A stretch of DNA of 64,000 nt from assembly GCA_964035545.1 (NCBI GenBank), contig OZ037767.1:1623680-1687679 (forward strand), written 5' to 3'. The DNA is from Bugula neritina (Eukaryota > Animalia > Bryozoa). Below the pieces are notes generated by a model. It was not told the DNA's origin. It saw only the letters and a list, made by a program, of their open reading frames with translations, and searched no databases. Shown piece after piece: positions 51,673 through 64,000 of this stretch. Numbering within the stretch: position 1 is the first letter of the stretch; every line of letters starts with the position of its first letter. The translations under genes and the position numbers were made by a program.

Positions 51673-54253
51673 CTAGTAGTGCTAGTAGTAGTAGTAGTAG
51701 CAGTAGTAGCAGTAGTAGCAGTAGTAGTAGTAGTAGTAGTAGCAGTAGCAGTAGCAGTAGTAGTAGTAGTAGTAGTAGCAGCAGCAGCAGCGGTAGTAGT
51801 AGTAGTAGTAGTCGTAGTAGTACTAGTAGTGCTAGTAATAGTAGTAGTAGTCACAGTCATACCTCATTATCATTAGCATCATAAAACTCGTGTCCGACAG
51901 AAAAGAGAATCTTTGGCATGTGAGGTAGAATCACAAAATGACCAGTTGATGGCCCCTTCAAGCTGACAGCAATGGTAACATCGGACCACTGGTCAACTCT
52001 GGCATCATATAGCTCCAAGGGAATTTCATTTTTTCTTCCCGCACTACAACATGCAGTCACTTTGCATATATATTGGACTCATTTTTACACCTTGTAACCA
52101 CCAGATACTCATGTGTAAATTATCAACTATAAAACAATATTGGCCAACAAAATGCATCTTTTATCTCTATACATGTTTTCAACATGCTCTTGTTGTAAAA
52201 CAATGCTCCAAGGTTAAAGGCTAAAAGCATCATCAGGCCTTGTAAAGAGACCAACACTACAATAGTAAAACAAACAGCATCAGGGGGGATAATGACTATA
52301 TTTATTCTCTTGCAAGCTAGAATGTAAAGTATATAAGAAGACTGTGACAATAAGACACCCACCTGGCATGAAGTCCTCCACACACAAGCAGATTACTGTC
52401 GCCAAGAGGAAGCATAGAGTGACGTCTCCTACCAGTCCTCATCTTAGCCTTAGACACCCATGCGTGTGATCCTGCAAGGAATTGTAGGCTAAAACTTAAT
52501 CAAATTCCGTTCAGAAAGAAAATATCAAAATTAAATCTTTAATGTGACAAGTATTTAGGTAAATAGGTCATATTACAGCAACTAGGTCACATTACAGTAA
52601 CTAGGTCATATTGCAGTAACTAGGTCATATAACAGCAACTAGGTCATATTACAATAACTAGGTCATGTTACAGTAACTAGGTCATATAACAGTAACTAGG
52701 TCATATTGCAGTAAACAGGCTGTCATAGACACACGGAATCATTAACCTTGACATAATGCATATACAGCATCAGTGATTATGGTTTCCCTGGAAGGGCCGT
52801 AAGAATGTCCCCCGCTGACATAGAGTGCCCCAACCTGAGAGGCAGCAGCACAGCCATCAGTGGGGGAAGGCAAGTCCACCACAGTCTCCCATGTTAATGT
52901 ATTCAGGTCTAAGGCTTGGCAGTTTGTCACAAATGAGTGAGAATAAAGGATATCTTGACCGCCACACAAATAAAGGAGATCACCCAGCGCAGCTACGCCT
53001 ACAATTACAATGGAACAACAATTTGCAAAGTGACTGCTACTTTTGCATCTTAAAAGCACGCTTGATTTCAGAAATTAAGTTTAAAAAGCATAATTTCAAA
53101 TAAAAATGCAACTATTGAAATGAAGTTCAAGTGAATTACCCGAGGGAGCAAGCTGAATAGGTGGAGCTGGTAGTAGGTGTGTCTTTTTAGATGCGGAGTC
53201 ATAACAGTGGACACTCACAACAGAACCATTTCCACTATAAAACCCTCCGTACTCCTTTACAGTCACAAAATATAAACAGCTCTGTACGGTGACAATACCG
53301 CACACTTTGAGGGATGATTCGTGTCCAGATGCAATAGTGAGTACGTTAGTACCGCCAGTTAAAGGGCATTTGCTGCAGGCAACAAGTTCCAAGCATTTAA
53401 GTGGAGTATTTCTCAGCATAAGTACAATGCTGGGTTCTACACTACGAGGACGTCTTTGAATTTCACTGACAGCCCATTTTTTAGAAAAATCAGTGTGATA
53501 TTCATGCGCGGCATTAATTAGTCGAATAATCGCGTCGGGATAGTTTTTCTGTAACAGAATCTCAAGCTCAGATGAAGACATCAGAGCGTATCGAATATGA
53601 GGCAAGAACTTAGTGGTTAGAGCTACTTGGTCTTCTGAATCTGAAAAAACTTTCTCAATCCACTTTTCAACTCTCTTCAGTAAAATAAATTCTGAAGAAA
53701 CTTGTAAACAATTTTTTGACAGAATTGCCATCATGTCTTCAGGTTCTATCCCCTCCATTAAAGTCATGTCTTTGCTAATGGCTTCGAAGCTTTTAGCCAA
53801 GTTTATGTATAAGCCATTTATTGCACTGGTTAATGAATACTTTTTTGCTAAATTCATTAGAAATGCATAACTTGTTACTGTGTACTGTTTACATATCCAG
53901 TCTGATAAAAAATTAATAAGATGCCCGATTTGTAGATGACTACAAGCATCCACAAACCCCTCTATGTTTTCTGAAGTCAAGTGCAAACATCCTATACCTT
54001 TGTACATATATTCAATTAAAGGTTTCACAACTTCAATGTCTAAGCCTTGCAAATTAATTTTATTTTCTTGCGACTCCAACATTCGAGTTTCGCCATCAAA
54101 AAGAATTTTAAAATAATCAGAATGTTTAGATAAGACTGATTTGTGCACTTGGAAATCATATCCGTCGCAAGTCACAAGAAAATCAACTTTGTCGCCAATT
54201 TTTTTAACAATTTTTATGGGTGGTTCATCGCTTCCCTCCTGAAGATCAGCCAT
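50985..54253 (-). CDS. BTB-BACK-Kelch (KLHL-like) protein, about 615 aa
   Basis: Exons 53140-54253, 52747-52998, 52363-52471, 51863-52043 and 50985-51176. BTB: DFLVTCDGYDFQVHKSVLSKHSDYFKILF..MLESQENKINL. BACK: LQVSSEFILLKRVEKW..HIRYALMS. Kelch blades: LYLCGG, LYVSGG, LLVCGG, ELYDARVDQW. No specific orthologue recognised. Confidence 0.88.
51225..51851. repeat. About 630-bp (GTA/TAC)n trinucleotide array in the last intron of the Kelch gene
   Basis: Interrupted GTA repeat lying between the donor at 51862 and the acceptor at 51177. Confidence 0.97.
52561..52714. repeat. 19-bp minisatellite x8 (aactaggtcatattacagt)
   Basis: Inside Kelch gene intron 2. Confidence 0.92.
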
Positions 54254-56718
54254 AAGAAGAACTTTAACTAGATCTACAACATCAGCAATAGTTATTTTAA
54301 CAAAGTAATAGTAAAACTCGTACTGGCATTGCGCAAGATCGCTCAGCTAAGTTTGGAATTACTAAACACATATGTTATGAACTGTGAAAAAATATTTTTA
54401 TAAAACTGGGTAGTGAGACGACAAAACACAACTCATCAAATTATAATCATAAAACACAACTTGCAATTTCTGCTTTACCAAAAGATGTTAACACATCATT
54501 TACTGTATCAACTCTCTGTAGTCAATATTTTCTATTTTGTGAGCAGGTTTATTATATATATTACTCAGCACTTATTACCTAACTTGCATTCATCAATTTT
54601 GAGCAGTTGGCGTTGCCATTTAAACAAGTTCACCTTTACATCAGATTGACATTTTTCTTAATTTCAGCATTGGCAAATCTTTTTTGTAACTTATTCATCA
54701 GTTAAAAAAGTTATAAATACAGCTTAGTATCACTGTCAGTATAAATATCAGTATAAATATTAGTCTATAGCGCCAGTATCACTGTGACTGTATCGGTGTG
54801 AGTATGAGTAGCGCTATATGAATAATAAATATCATTATCATAGATGATCTGATGATGATAATAGTTACTAATGCTGCTAAAAAATATGAGTATCACTATC
54901 AGTGTCAGTATCACTAGCGTCTAGCAGTGTGCGTATGACTACGACTATGACTATCACTACAACTCATAACTAACTCTAACAGTAACTGGTAAGTTTCAGT
55001 GTTACACTTAGTGACTTACTGCTAGATATAGTCACTAAATTACTATTAGTATTAGTGTATCAGCATCACTATTAGTATCAGTATCAGTATGAACTATAAT
55101 CAGATTGATCAGGATGAGGATTAACCTAAGTAAAGAGTAAGAGTGAGAATATCAATATGGATGATTTGAAGTTTACAATTTGAATTACACTTACAGCAAA
55201 TGCAACAAATACCATTACAATTAACATGCTTAAAATTATCATCGTATAATAATCACTTGAAGCTAAAGCCAATAAACTATGGCGAATAAGTCTAACTCAT
55301 ACTGTAAGTGTAACTAGTGTGCATCCAATGAACTTCATTGTGATTGTGATTGTCATTGTGATTACTTAAAGTGTTCTAGTATAAGTAACATGTTTATTGA
55401 TAATGCCGAATATTGCAGCCTAAATACTTGCACATAAAAACTTAAACACCGAGTTAATTCATATCGTGCCCAAACATATTAGCTAAAGCAAGTACCAAGT
55501 ACGGTCAAGGTTGATTCCCGCAGCTGGATTATATACATTTGTAGACACACACGACTACACTATGAGTATAACTATAAGTATAAGTATTACTATTGCTATT
55601 AGTATTACTAATAGTAATATTATTACTATTAGCATTACATTTACTGTGAATGAAACCCTGTGTTTTTGCTATCACTATCAGTATGAATATTAGTACTATT
55701 ATAATATGTATGTTTATTAAAATAACTATAGTAATTGTTAAATAATTAATTATTATTTTATCGATAATTAAAATTGATATTTCATAATCATTTATTGTCA
55801 TTGTGATTGTGGTAGTCACAATTTGAATTGTCACTTTGTGATGGCAATTCAAATTTTATTTCAATTTGTATAGCCTTCCTTGAACATTAATACTTAGGAC
55901 TAGGTTAGTATTAAGTTTAATTATTTCTATTTTGCCTTTTTTCTTAAATTAATAAAACTTCCATTGTAAAAACTTTCATTGTGATTGTAATACTAATTGA
56001 ACTCATATTGGTTTTAGAAACTCCTGTCAGGCATTCGTAACTTCCATGATGTTCAGGTATGATGACCTTATAACCTTATGACCTCTTATTGTTCTCTAAT
56101 AAATTAAAACTGCATAATTTCAACATAATTTTAACTTATAAATTAAATGTGAAAAGTCAAGAGCTGAGCATGATGTTTTCATCAAAATTTCCTTAAAAAG
56201 AACGAAATCAACTTGAAAACAAACATTGGTGTAGTAAAACCAAATGCCAAAGTTTTAAAAAATAAATAAATTTTTGCAGTTATATTAAGTGAATTGCAAA
56301 AATGAAAGCATTTTCAATGCAATTATTTAAGCTGTGTCTTTCTCAAAACCTGTAGTTTTACTGATTGATTACTAATAATTGTATAAGCATCAACAAACGA
56401 TTGAGACAATAGTATAAATAATTGTCACCAGAAGAATAATTGTTTTTTAATTTTTGTGTCTATGTTTAAAAGATAGATTTTTTATTGAAATAGCCTGTTT
56501 GTCAATAAAGTAAGCACTTGATAATTTACAGGCTAAAAGCTTGGACAACTGCCCTCATCACTGTAGTAATACTGAAAACAGCCTTTCTACTGACAAAAAC
56601 AATAACTCATCTAAACTAGTACTTTTTTAAAACGTATTTTATTGTTTGACCATTTTATCACCTCTTGGAGTTATCCCATCATTGCTGTTTTTCTCCCTCT
56701 TTCAGTGTAGTTTGGCAA

Positions 56719-59700
56719 ATGATAGGGAAGGTTGTTCTAGTGATTATACTAGTTCTTCCTCCACTTGTTTTCTCTCTTTGGATGTTGCTAAGAGCTGTGA
56801 GAGACTACAGAAGGCGAATGTGTCGCCGAGAGGTCAGTGGTAACCAGTGATCTCTCCTTTACTGTGCCTACCAACCTCTGAGCTCAGGAATAATATTCTT
56901 ATTACAAATCATATGCATGTTTTAAAACTTGGAGTTGTCATCTATTGTGTTGAAGGGGCGAATCACTGTTGGGTTTTTCCATCCGTATTGCAACGCAGGC
57001 GGTGGTGGAGAAAGAGTGTTATGGTGTGCAATCAGATCTCTTCAAACCAGGTAAGATTTCACACATCCTGTTTCTTATCTCTACATATCGTATGTACAGG
57101 GTATACTTCAAATACTTACTAGTTGACTGTATACTGCAGATACCCACAAGTTGACTGTATACTACAGATACCCACAAGTTGACTGTATACTACAGATACC
57201 CACAAGTTGACTGTATACTACAGATACCCACAAGTTGACTGTATACTGCAGATACCTACAAGTTGACTGTATACTGCAGATACCCACAAGTTGACTGTAT
57301 AGTATATACTGGAGATTGTGACGCAACTGATGAGGACATTCTAACCAGAGCCAGTGACAGACTGGGGGTTGAACCAATCAGAGAAGTAGAGTTTATATAT
57401 TTGACAAGCAGGCGTTGGGTGGAGGCGGATAGGTACCCTGTGCTAACACTTCTCGGCCAAAGTCTAGGATCTCTGGTACTAGGTAAACTCATTATTCAGT
57501 CATTTGTGCTTCTAACTCTAACACCAAACTCGTGGTTATTCTAAGAAAATGTGCATCCTATACCCCACCCTTGTCAGTGTAAGGAACTGAGGCTAGTGAA
57601 TAGAGTAAGGAGCTATTTCTCTTGCATTGGTATATGTGTTGTTCTATATTGGCTGAGATGTAACCACATGCACAGTATAATTATAGACCTCATTCTTTAT
57701 GTTATTATATTATAATTATAGAAACTTTAATTTACTTTAGATTTGCTTTACATTTTGTTACTCATTATTGCAGGGTGGGAGGCTTTGCGCAAGTTTGTTC
57801 CTGATATTTATATAGACAGTATGGGCTATGCATTCACCCTCCCTCTCTTTAGGTATTTAGGTGGATGTAAGATCTCAGCCTATGTTCACTACCCTACAAT
57901 AAGGTGATTTACTACCAGATATTCAACAGCTCTGTGGTTTCATGTTTGGAGTTGTTTCCTTTTCCCATCTTTTGTATAATTAAGAATTCTAAAACTTGCT
58001 GATTCTATCCAACATGATGTCACCGGAGAGAATACTCTAGAAAGTGTGTTCGGTTATGTTGGAAATCACTTTTTCCAAAATAAGACATCATTGCAGTCCC
58101 AAATAGCCTTACATAACACATTAACAGAGTGCAGCTGTGTCAGGAGCTTATTATTCTGATACACATATATTTATCTTAGATAAACTCAGTAAATCCTAAA
58201 CTTTGTACTGATATGAAAAGTGCTGGTGGCGTAGAACAGTTTTGAATAGGGAGATAACTCCGTAGCTACCTGGGAAAACCAGATTATGACATAGCATAAC
58301 ACTCGTCTGGGGATAAAGTTACTTTTGTTTATAGCATGTAAACTAACATCATGGGAATATATTATACATATGTATATAATATATTCATATGTATAATATA
58401 TTATACATATGTATAATATATACGTAAGTATATATTATACATATGTATAATATATACTTACGTATATATTATACATATGTATAATATATACTTACGTATA
58501 TATTATACATATGTATAATATATTATACATATGAATATATTATACATACGTATACATTATACACAAGAGTTGGTAAGTAATGCATGTAATGCTGTCTACC
58601 ACACAGTACGGACATGCTGGAGAAGGTCCGTGGCATGGAGTCCACATACAACAACAGGTCTCGTGTAGCTAGGAGCCCTTTTCTCAGTCAACTCAAACTC
58701 ATCTACTACAAAATATTCGCTCAGATCTACGGCAGAGCTGGAAGGTACGCCATCTTATGTAAATAAAACATGGCTGCCTTGTAACAATTGGAAGTTTTCT
58801 TAAAGTTTTACCTTATTTATTACACTCAACTGTCTTCCAGTTGAAAACCCTAAAATTTAGGAAAGTTTAGGATGAGTTTGATGACGTAGAGTTGCTGGTT
58901 ACAGGAGCAGTGACGTAGTGATGGTGAACTCTACTTGGACGAGGGGGCACATCGAGAAGATCTGGGGTCAGTCTAGTATCCACACAGTTTACCCGCCATG
59001 CGATGTCATAGAGTTTGCCAAACTGCCACTCGAATTCTCAAACAAACAGAAACACATTGTATCTATTGGTCAGTTTCGGCCCGAGAAAGATCACCAACTG
59101 CAGGTAACTTATTCTCAGAGTCTAAATGATAGTCTCTTTGCGTGCGGCCGGCAGTCTGTCCACGTGGTGTGATGATGCTGTAGATCCGCTCTTTCCACAA
59201 GCTGATATCGAGGCTCCACTCCACTCAGTACGCTGCCTACAAGCTGGTGCTTATTGGCGGCTGCCGCAATGCTGACGATCAGGCCAGAGTGGATGAGTTG
59301 AAGAAGTTGGCAGAGGAACTAGAAATCTCAGAATATGTGGAGTTTTGCCTCAACGTGCCTTTCTCCACTCTGAAAGAGAGGATGGCCCAGTCCACAGTTG
59401 GTATACACACCATGTGGAATGAGCACTTCGGTATTGGTGAGTAATGCTAGTGCTGCGACAGTTGTTTGTAATCTTGTTATTGGCTGAATCATGCTAGTGC
59501 TGTGCCGATCACTGTGAAATGGAGATTTTGCTATAATTATAATTGCTATATTGTTAATTTTTATTTGGTATCTGTTATCAATGGTTTGTTTATATCATTG
59601 ATAACAGAAAATAAATTCAAACAATTGATTTTCATTATTGTAATGATTTCATAACTGGCCCTGTACTATTATAGATATAGCCAGATATTTATTGTATACG

Positions 59701-60281
59701 TGTGTCAATTTACTCATAGCTAATTTGACGAACAAAGAGTAAATAACCTATCAAGGGAGATCACACAAGTTGTATGTATATTAGGTGTTGTGGAGTTGAT
59801 GGCAGGGGGCACAGTAGTTCTAGCTCACAAGTCGGGTGGACCTCTAATGGATATTGTGACCATCCAACCTGAAGATGAGAGAACGGGTTATTTGGCTAAC
59901 GACATAGGTATGTTGTGGGTTCTTTTTATGGATATTGTAAAATTGAATTCAGTTATTTCTCATAGGATACAGTCAACACCTAAAGTATCACAGTCAGTGC
60001 CTATAAGCGCAATGTTTTTATATACATTCCTTGTAATTTCACTTGCTAATAAAGTATATACATTACTCTTAGTATCTGTAACTTTCAGTAGTTATCATCT
60101 CACTGTTGCAGAGTCGTACAGTCAATGCCTGGAGGAGATTCTCATGCTACCCAACACTGAATGTGAAGCTATATGCAAGAGAGCACGGCTCTCAGCATTG
60201 AGATATGACGAGGAAATGTTCACTAAGAGCTTCCTCTCTGCATTTGCTCCACTCATTGATCTCGTGCTTCAGAGGCAGTAA
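56719..60281 (+). CDS. ALG11: GDP-Man:Man3GlcNAc2-PP-Dol alpha-1,2-mannosyltransferase, about 474 aa
   Basis: Exons 56719-56832, 56956-57050, 57280-57482, 57774-57903, 58607-58744, 58905-59103, 59184-59436, 59785-59907 and 60112-60281. Motifs [97 protein letters not shown]. Confidence 0.96.
57121..57301 (+). repeat. 28-bp minisatellite x6.5 spanning the ALG11 exon 3 acceptor
   Basis: agttgactgtata at 57121, 57149, 57177, 57205, 57233, 57261 and 57289 (last copy exonic). Confidence 0.96.
58355..58561. repeat. AT-rich palindromic array in ALG11 intron 4
   Basis: Self-complementary unit tattatacatatgtataata; perfect 94-bp palindrome at 58396-58489. Confidence 0.9.
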
Positions 60282-60339
60282 ATCGTGTCTCTCCTTGCCC
60301 ACTACTGGCTTAACCCCTCCTCACTGGGACTAGTACTCT

Positions 60340-60480
60340 TAGTAGTAGTACTAATCACTGGTACTGTTAGTAGTAGTACTACTCACTGGTACTGTTAGTA
60401 GTAGTACTACTCACTGGTACTGCTAGTAATAGTACTACTCACTGGTACTGTTAGTAATAGTACTACTCACTGGTACTATT
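60340..60480 (+). repeat. 25-28-bp tandem repeat, about 5 copies, just 3' of the ALG11 stop
   Basis: Unit tagtagtactactcactggtactgt. Confidence 0.9.
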
Positions 60481-62860
60481 GAGGTTTCTAGTCTTCATGA
60501 TGTGACTATTGCTTTGGCTTATCTCATGGTGCTTTGAGCTTATATAGGCCAAATCGTATATTTAAGACTCCGGTAATTATCTTCTCTGTAAAGTTATCAG
60601 ATACTCTCTTACTGAAACAATGCTATAGCTTCGATTTTGTTTCATTTTTAATAGAACGAAAAGTTGCATCATTATAACCTTTATATCATAATATGCTATT
60701 ATAGTTTAACTTTAGCATATAATTTTTTAGCTATTGCAAGGCTTGACTGTAGTATTAATTGAGATGACTCATCCATCATTTGACTGTAGTTATTAATTTA
60801 TTTTTTATTATGATTAGGTTCCTTAATTATATTCATTATGTTCTCATATGCTACTGCAGCTATTATATCTCGTATGCTACTATATTAGGTATTTTATTTA
60901 TAGTTCTATCATTTCACATCGGTAGCTCTCTGCCAATTTTTCCAACGTCCAAAATGCAATATGACTTTGCGTGAATGCTTTATATTAATTTGCAATGCTA
61001 GAAACGTGTTGCTTAGCAACTGGCAATCATCCTCTGCCTGAACCATTTAATTACCATTTTAGAGCCTATGTTATTCATCAGCTTCCATATTTGTATGCTT
61101 GTGTCTCTCCTAATATATAAATTATAAAAAATAAAACTGGCTGCCTTTTTGAACAAAAACTTTTTGTAAATTTTTCTTTGTAATTTTACAAGAAACAAGG
61201 TTTTGTATAAAGTTGGGAGTTGCACCCTCTCATTCTTTATACTGCGTGGAGATATTTTCTTAGTTGAAAGTTGTTTCCTAATTAAATCAATATTATTTGG
61301 TTTGCACTTCCAAATACTATGATAAGAAACATGATTTAGTTTGTCCATTTTCATAATGATACCTTGTGTTGAAAATATTTGGCAAAAAAGTTTTTCAAAT
61401 ATAAAAGTCATCCTTGTGGCAGATTCACCACCAAACTTGGGAGTTGTCAGTTCACCTGCCAATCTTAGTACTTGTTTTAGAAGTTATATAATTCAATAAA
61501 AGTCTAACAAACATTTTTAACGCAGATAACATGCAAATCCATGAGTTGTGCTAAACGCAGACGCCATATGCTAGATGTAGACATATCATATACTAAATGT
61601 AGACATCATGCTAGGTTGTGTATAGATGTAAATTCCATGCTTGTATTAGACATCATGTTAGAATCACATTTCATATCACATGCAGACGTAATGTACTAGA
61701 TGCAAATGCTACTCCGTTATAAGACTGGTTTGCAGAATTTGAAAAGTAGCTACACAAGCCTAGTTGAAAGAATAAAAACTCACTTGAGGCAAAACTAAGT
61801 TAATTCTAACCAGCTTTTAGAAGTGACAAGTTGAAATGCTCATTTCTTAATTGTATTTGTAGTTATTGCTCAATCGAATTAGCAATTTTATGCACTTATT
61901 GTAAACTATAATTATGCATTGCAGGTGAAATGCTCCCAAAGTTGCTACTGGAAATAGACTTAATAATTACCATAATGCCTGTTGGGACTCAATGTGGTTA
62001 CATTTACATTGCCAAGTAACTGTATACTTCACTATTGTACTTAATCACAATTCTATTAGCTTTGTGCTTACCGACAATGCTTTAACTTCAACTCCGCTAA
62101 AAAAATCTCAAGTATTTAGATTATTTGATATTTTTCTTTCAATTGAATGGCTACTATAAACAAACTGTAGATTTATTAGTTTACAATAACAATGTGTACA
62201 TAGTATGTGTGTAGTAGCTCCGCAGCAACCAGTGCACTAACTTATCAGCATATGGCAGCAGTCATATCTGTCGGAGGCAGCACATAATCAGTGGCAGCAT
62301 CAGTATTACCAGCTTATGTTCTCTGCATGGTGAGGTATGCACAACTAATTCTTTATACACTCATGCTGATTATATTGTTAATGTGCTATATTCTATATTA
62401 CATAGGCTATATTTTTGCTATTTGCTTTATATTTTTATATATTACTGATATAATTACTATTTTATAGTATATATTATGTGATAATATAGTTTTAGATGAT
62501 TTTACAAAATTATGAATTTTGATGAACTAAAATTAGGGTTAGAGTTTATGTTAGTAATTCACAACCTTGTTGTTATATTACTCTTAGATAAACAAAACCT
62601 CTCTCCACATTCTGTTAAGGGAATTTAAAATGACTTGATATATATAACAATAAGTCTTATAACAAAAATTATATCACTTTAGATTACTCTTCAGTTTCTT
62701 GTAACTATCATTAATAAAAATCTCCCTTTAGCTACATCTTAAAGGATGTCACTTTTATACTGAATCTCACTTATTATAACTCATCAATAAAAACACTTTG
62801 TAGACTCAGTTCTATGTATTCATACATCAACTTCTCAACTTTCTAAACAACCATTGATGT

Positions 62861-63001
62861 AGGCTATAACTAGTAGCACAGGCTATAACTAATAGCACAG
62901 GCTATAACTAGTAGCACAGGCTATAACTAGTAGCACAGGCTATAACTAGTAGCACAGGCTATAACTAGTAGCACAGGCTATTACTAGTAGCACAGGCTAT
63001 A
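62861..63001. repeat. 19-bp minisatellite x7 (aggctataactagtagcac)
   Basis: Near-identical direct copies. Confidence 0.95.
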
Positions 63002-63169
63002 CAACGAACTCACAGCTGTTGCCTGTCTAGTCTAGTTAACGTGGTGGAGAAAATAGTTCTAATTTCAATAAACGTGTGCATAGAACTAAAACTCAATAGT
63101 GCTAGTAGTAGTACTAGTAGTAGCGCTATAAGTTAGTGACATTGGTGTTAAGGTCATTAGGTACAACAA

Positions 63170-63370
63170 ATAGTATATGTAAGTATATATATTACAACAT
63201 AGTATATGTTAGCATATACCACAACATATAGTATATGTAAGTATATATATTACAACATAGTATATGTTAGCATATACCACAACATAGTATATGCTAGTAT
63301 ATATTACAACATAGTATATGTTAGCATATACCACAACATAGTATATGAAAGTATATATAAACATAGTATG
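63170..63370. repeat. About 27-bp alternating minisatellite (acaacatagtatatgt..)
   Basis: Two alternating unit variants visible. Confidence 0.85.
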
Positions 63371-64000
63371 TGATATTTGACTTATTATATTGGCTTTGTA
63401 TAGACACTTGATGTAGTATCATACATATTGGATACAAACTTATATAATTATTCCTTATCAACTACACAAGGTTATAATTATACACTATTATATAATAATA
63501 TGCTGCATGATAATAAAGATTACTCAATTAGTTGAAGAGCTTTTGTAATGGAATTATAATTATACAATGCAAACACTATAGTGATAACACAATTATTTAA
63601 GTTCTAAAGTTGCGTTTATACCTTCACGATTTTCGGTCAAAATTTCAATTTGGCCGGGTTGAAATTTCTCCGAGTTGCATTGCATTGTAAAAGCCACTCG
63701 TTGAAATTTTTGTACTGTGATAACTTAATCGGCCAATTTTAGAATAGGAGTAATAACTCCTTGTAAACATCGTTATTTAGTTATTACTTTGGCGATTAGA
63801 CAACGTACTTATACGGTTATAATTATATAGCCTACGCCTTCTCAATTATCGCTTTTATGCTTTCCGCTTCACTAATTCACGACGTTTACAAAGGGCATCA
63901 AATAGCTATTATGCGAGTCAAATTTCAATTTCAATTTCAATAAGTTTACAAAAATGCTATAGAACTTTATAACTAGCTTATTTAATATAATTGAAATATT

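Noticed and set aside
51177-51884. Poly-Thr, poly-Ser and poly-Val ORFs of 224-229 aa
   Set aside because: Translations of an intronic (GTA)n microsatellite bounded by good splice sites of the Kelch gene.
61013-61462. 149-aa minus-strand ORF
   Set aside because: Non-ATG start, AT-rich Lys/Ile/Phe-biased composition, no recognisable domain or splice partners.
62249-62335. GC-richer segment with AG and GT boundaries as a possible exon
   Set aside because: No recognisable protein and no partner exons could be linked.

Overview
AT-rich, intron-rich eukaryotic DNA from a metazoan, most likely a non-model marine invertebrate; the species cannot be determined from sequence alone. Eight genes were spliced by hand with consistent GT/GC-AG sites and phases. 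In order: the 5' part of ATP13A1 (-, runs off the left edge); PP2A B56 delta/gamma-type subunit (+); a secreted NHL-propeller/Thr-Ala/PAN-like protein (+); a small TNFR-like Cys-rich single-pass receptor (+); a complete 17-exon CatSper-epsilon (-); an ankyrin-repeat/caspase fusion gene nested on the same strand inside CatSper-epsilon intron 11; a BTB-BACK-Kelch gene (-); and ALG11 (+). The window also holds several MITE-like elements, a tRNA-derived SINE-like head, an AT-rich palindrome and many micro- and minisatellites. Two observations stand out. (1) The nested ankyrin-caspase has an intact His/Cys dyad, an upstream RFX X-box-like motif and splice phases compatible with its host. (2) Recurrent 'splice-junction echo' arrays: intronic minisatellites whose unit is a copy of the adjacent exon-intron boundary, giving runs of decoy donors or acceptors in four conserved genes. 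All exon coordinates are manual and may be off by a few bases.
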